From an uncultured Candidatus Saccharibacteria bacterium (GTDB lineage: Bacteria > Patescibacteriota > WWE3 > 2-01-FULL-39-13): a stretch of 64,000 bases of DNA. Below are positions 60,315 through 64,000 of this stretch, in pieces. The notes beneath the pieces are model-generated. The model saw only the letters and a list, made by a program, of their open reading frames with translations. It ran no database searches and had not been told where the DNA came from. Position 1 is the stretch's first letter. Each line of letters begins with the position of its first letter. Position numbers and translations under genes: made by a program. Where the stretch lies: positions 664,935 through 728,934 of the forward strand of contig OZ246395.1 in assembly GCA_965230915.1 (NCBI GenBank). The letters are read 5' to 3'.

Positions 60315-60375
60315 AAATGTCCATAAAACGAGAAAGCGCCGCTCTATATATTAATTATAGAAGCGGCGCTTAGAG

Positions 60376-60402
60376 AAAAAGAGGTCTTACAGATCTCTTT
60401 TT
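60376..60402 (-). terminator. Intrinsic terminator after dsbA (probably bidirectional)
   Basis: AAAAAGAGGTC-TTACA-GATCTCTTTTT, just past the dsbA stop. Confidence 0.7.
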
Positions 60403-60411
60403 GATTTTTAA

Positions 60412-61227
60412 TTAAAGGCCCTCACCATTGGCTTTTGTTCTTGAGAAATATTCATCATGAAACTTAAAGTAAGCTTCATCTCCACCTATTTCTCTTGCAC
60501 AGTTTGCAGCAACTGCAGCTTGTGTAGCAACAGGATCGTGGAAAGACAATGGTAAGTCTCTAAAGACCAACTTCACCTTGCCAGTATCAATAAACTCTGA
60601 TTTTAGCTGAGGATAAGTCGTATTAAAATGTCTTTGGCAAAATGGACATTCATAGTCACTAAACTCAATAATTGTTATAGGTGCGTTTGGGTCTCCTTCA
60701 ATTGCGTCATCATCCATGGAAACCTGAGCTGATATTTCAGCTAAAGCTTTAGGCAGATTTCCTTCTTGGTCTGGACCAATAGCCTCTATAACTTTTTGAT
60801 CATTCCCTTCATTCAAGCCTTCAATAACTCCTCTAAATGTTTCGATTGGGTAAGCGCCAGGGATTCTAACTCCATTTATTGGGCCATTTGAGCTTTTACC
60901 TACAAAAAATGCTGGAGTTCCGTTTGCGCCAATTGCCGCAGCGTCAGCAGAATCTTTTTTAATTTCAGCTGTATCGAATTTATCCATACAGGCCGTAAAT
61001 TTTTTTGAATCTAATTGTAATGTAGAAGCTAAATCTATATATTTTTGATATTTGGATCCTAAACTATTTGCCGGAGTTGATGTAGAACCTTTCGTTCCCA
61101 TTATTCCATTTGAATATAGAACTGCTCCTGCAATGATTACCCCCGCGATAACAATTGCAATTGGAGTTGCAAGTGAAGCCATTGTAGAAGAACTTGAAGC
61201 TTGAGTTTTTTCTGATTTTTCTGCCAT
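60412..61227 (-). CDS. Membrane-anchored DsbA-family thiol-disulfide oxidoreductase (permuted domain order)
   Basis: N-terminal TM, EFSDYECPFC, FRDLPL, AANCA, and GTPAFF cis-Pro loop. Confidence 0.88.
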   Translation of the reverse strand: MAEKSEKTQASSSSTMASLATPIAIVIAGVIIAGAVLYSNGIMGTKGSTSTPANSLGSKYQKYIDLASTLQLDSKKFTACMDKFDTAEIKKDSADAAAIGANGTPAFFVGKSSNGPINGVRIPGAYPIETFRGVIEGLNEGNDQKVIEAIGPDQEGNLPKALAEISAQVSMDDDAIEGDPNAPITIIEFSDYECPFCQRHFNTTYPQLKSEFIDTGKVKLVFRDLPLSFHDPVATQAAVAANCAREIGGDEAYFKFHDEYFSRTKANGEGL

Positions 61228-61323
61228 ATTTTTATAACTAAATTATTGAGCCTAGCATAAGCTTTAGGCTAACTAAACATATCATGGATTATGCATAATT
61301 TGTACACTCAGCGCAAGCAAAAG

Positions 61324-62847
61324 CTATTTTAAAGCTTTACTTAAGGAAGCCAATGTACTATCTCTTCCTAGTAAGTAGATCGATTCAAAAAGAGGTGGCG
61401 AAACTTTACTTGCAGCAATAGCCACTCTTATTGGTGCAAAAACTTCGCCAATCTTCCATTGTAATTCATCAGCCTTATTCTTTACTTTTAATTCAAGTTC
61501 TTTTATATCTGCCAAATCCCACTTAACAGTTTCAATTTCCTTATAAAACCAAGTTAGGTGATCTCTTATCTCACTTTCTGACCGATTGCCTTTTAATAAG
61601 TCGGCATCGAAATCCAGATCATATAAGAAAAATTTATTAATAGGTAAAAGATCTTCGAATTTCTTAATACGTTCTTTATTTATTTCTACAAATAACAACT
61701 GATCTTCGAGGCTTAAACCACTTAAAAAGTTCGCCAATTTTTCATAGTCTGATTCAGTCCAGTGTGACTCATATACAGCAGCCCCTTTATATTCACCTTC
61801 TATACAGAATCCCAGCCATGCATTTAATTTATCCAATAGTTCTTCATTAGGTAAAGCCTGTATATATTGCCCATTCATCCATTCTAATTTTGTTAAATCG
61901 AATTTCGGGCTAACCGCTGATAAATCTTTTAAGTCAAAAACTTTTACAAATTCTTCAAATGAAAAAATCTCCTTTTCTTCCGGGTGACTCCAACCTAAAA
62001 GTGAAATGAAGTTTATTACTGCTTCGGGTAGAATTCCGCGCTTCTTATACCAATCTACGCTTGAATGGCCGTTTCGCTTCGATAATTTTGATCCATCCAT
62101 ATTAGTGATCATTGGAGTATGCACGAACTCGGGCATTTTCCAACCAAAATAGTCATACAATAATTTATGCTTTGGAAACGACGTGATCCATTCCGGGCCA
62201 CGAACAACATGAGTGATTTCCATTAAAATATCATCTACTACAACTGCTAAATGATAGGTTGGAAATCCGTCTGATTTTATAATTACCTGATCGTCCACTA
62301 AATTTGAGTCGAATTCAATTTCGCCACGAACCAAATCTTTTACTTTTATTATTTCATTTTCCGGAACTTTCATTCTGATTACATATTCATTGCCTGCATC
62401 AATTTTTTCCTGAACCTCTTCTTTCGACAAATTTCGGCAATGTTTATCGTACATAGGAGTTTTTCCAGCTTTTTGCTGCTCCTCGCGCACCTGTTCCAGA
62501 CGTTCTTTTGAACAAAAACAATAGTATGCATGGCCTTTTTCTAAAAGCTCATTTGCGTATTTCTTATATAAATCTAAACGATCTGACTGACGATAAGGTC
62601 CAAAATCTCCACCATGAATAGTTGATTCATCTGGTGTCAAATTAAACCAATCAAAAGCCTTATACAATGCTTCTTCCGCATCGATAACTAATCGAGTCTG
62701 GTCAGTATCTTCAATACGAAGAATAAATTTACCATTATGTTTTAACGCATAAGCTTTATCAAAAAGACCTTGATAAATAGTTCCAATGTGGGGATATCCT
62801 GTTGGGCTTGGTGCAATTCTAGTGCGTACTTGGTGACTCATAAGCAC
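61324..62847 (-). CDS. gltX: Glutamate--tRNA ligase (likely start ATG 62841)
   Basis: RIAPSPTG.PHIG, RIEDTD, PTYHLAVVVDD, KLSKR. Confidence 0.96.
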   Translation of the reverse strand: MLMSHQVRTRIAPSPTGYPHIGTIYQGLFDKAYALKHNGKFILRIEDTDQTRLVIDAEEALYKAFDWFNLTPDESTIHGGDFGPYRQSDRLDLYKKYANELLEKGHAYYCFCSKERLEQVREEQQKAGKTPMYDKHCRNLSKEEVQEKIDAGNEYVIRMKVPENEIIKVKDLVRGEIEFDSNLVDDQVIIKSDGFPTYHLAVVVDDILMEITHVVRGPEWITSFPKHKLLYDYFGWKMPEFVHTPMITNMDGSKLSKRNGHSSVDWYKKRGILPEAVINFISLLGWSHPEEKEIFSFEEFVKVFDLKDLSAVSPKFDLTKLEWMNGQYIQALPNEELLDKLNAWLGFCIEGEYKGAAVYESHWTESDYEKLANFLSGLSLEDQLLFVEINKERIKKFEDLLPINKFFLYDLDFDADLLKGNRSESEIRDHLTWFYKEIETVKWDLADIKELELKVKNKADELQWKIGEVFAPIRVAIAASKVSPPLFESIYLLGRDSTLASLSKALK

Positions 62848-62887
62848 ATTGATTATACCTTCTCGCGTCGATATACTGAAGACATAT

Positions 62888-64000
62888 ATGAATTTAGCCG
62901 AAACGCAGGCAACGCTTAAACGCGGACTTGTTATTGTTGCCCTTCTAACATTCGTTTTCTACACAGGAAGATTCCTTATAGTACAAGGCATAAATGTTTA
63001 TAGAAAAGTAAATCCTCCACGATTGCCGGCTCCTGAATCAAGATTCGGAATATTGCCTCAAGTTACAATGACTAAAGTTGGAATAGTCGGAACACCTCAA
63101 TATGTATTAGATACAAACAATGGATCACTTCCATCCTTTCCCGATCGCATATCGGTTTATCCTATTCTTGAACCTCAGCCGACTCTGCTTTCAGAGCAAA
63201 AGGTCAAACAACTTGCAACAGATTTACAATTTACCGGCGCATCAAGCAAATTATCCAATTCACTTTTTAGATGGGTAGATGGAACAAATACACGAACATT
63301 TCAGGCCGATGCAGTAAGTAAAAATTTTAAACTTGAAACTCCACCTTTTAGAATAAGCAATATCGTTGCTAGCACTGCCTCTATAACCGAAGAAGATGCT
63401 ATTGCAAGCGTAGAAGGATTTTTAAGGTCTAAAGCATTAGTCAAGCAAAGTGATATGGAAAACTTAACTTACAAGACGATTCCTACACAGGTAAGCCTCG
63501 GTCAAATCAGAGAATCCAAATCATTAACCGGCGGAACAAAACTACTAAAAGTAGATGCGTATGTTGAAGTTCCTGGTAAGAAGCTAAGGGCGAGTGATCC
63601 CGATGTTAAATATAAGATTCTTGGACCAAACCCAAAAGATGCATTAATTAGCTTTACAACAACCAACAGCCCTAATATTGCATTTAAATATCCAATAGCT
63701 AACTTCATTTACTGGGAACCAGACTACGAAGCTGGATCAGACTACTATCTCTCACCTATTCAAGATGTATGGGCAGCTGTACAAAGCGGAAAAGGGATTA
63801 TTTCATACATCCGTACCAAAGGCGGAGATTATTATGTTCCGATAGAAAATTTAAACGTAAGCAGAATTGAGATTAGAGATATTTATTTAGCATATTTTAT
63901 GCAGCCCGAATATAAAGATGCTCTTCCTAGTGATCCAAAATATATTTCATTCCTTCAACCAATTTATGTATTTGAAGGCCAAGCTACTACACTAAGCGAT
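62888..64000 (+). CDS. Hypothetical membrane-anchored protein, runs off window end
   Basis: Read manually: MNLAETQATLKRGLVIVALLTFVFYTGRFLIV...PPRLPAPESRFGILP... It appears open to the window end. TATACT lies 10 nt upstream. Confidence 0.7.
   Translation, partial: MNLAETQATLKRGLVIVALLTFVFYTGRFLIVQGINVYRKVNPPRLPAPESRFGILPQVTMTKVGIVGTPQYVLDTNNGSLPSFPDRISVYPILEPQPTLLSEQKVKQLATDLQFTGASSKLSNSLFRWVDGTNTRTFQADAVSKNFKLETPPFRISNIVASTASITEEDAIASVEGFLRSKALVKQSDMENLTYKTIPTQVSLGQIRESKSLTGGTKLLKVDAYVEVPGKKLRASDPDVKYKILGPNPKDALISFTTTNSPNIAFKYPIANFIYWEPDYEAGSDYYLSPIQDVWAAVQSGKGIISYIRTKGGDYYVPIENLNVSRIEIRDIYLAYFMQPEYKDALPSDPKYISFLQPIYVFEGQATTLSD

Noticed and set aside
63502-63708. 68-aa - strand ORF
   Set aside because: Antisense to the long + strand ORF starting at 62888.
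1-64000. CRISPR array, transposase/integrase, prophage, rRNA, or alternative genetic code 25
   Set aside because: No regularly spaced repeats or mobile-element motifs were seen. Genes end at TGA and RF2 is present.

Overview
AT-rich, gene-dense bacterial window with no CRISPR array, rRNA or recognisable mobile element. Gene content and style (many GT-C membrane glycosyltransferases, membrane-anchored Clp ATPase, CAP and VanW proteins, apparently leaderless genes) suggest a Patescibacteria/CPR genome of the WWE3/Microgenomates type. This is an inference. TGA is used as a stop and RF2 is present, so the genetic code is 11. Layout: 1-25 kb is a large surface-glycosylation locus (about 9 GT-C enzymes, a flippase, 3 polyprenyl-phosphate GT2s, 2 GT4s, ugd, galE). 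25-34 kb holds a CAP protein, ftsEX with an M23 partner, prfB and a Clp ATPase. 34-41 kb is an ArsR-led sufCBDSU operon extended by DUF1858, ferredoxin and an FNR-like reductase. 41-55 kb holds an M16 peptidase, pyrD, secA, uppP, PAP2, serS, an HD protein, lysS, two M49-like proteins and two greA genes. After that come tRNA-Glu, tgt, vanW, dsbA and gltX. The most notable observations are: an unannotated 30-aa hydrophobic peptide gene with a perfect but hairpin-occluded SD and a structured 3' UTR; a greA / variant greA / two HExxE M49-like protein module; and two apparently circularly permuted exported enzymes (an M23 peptidase and a DsbA).
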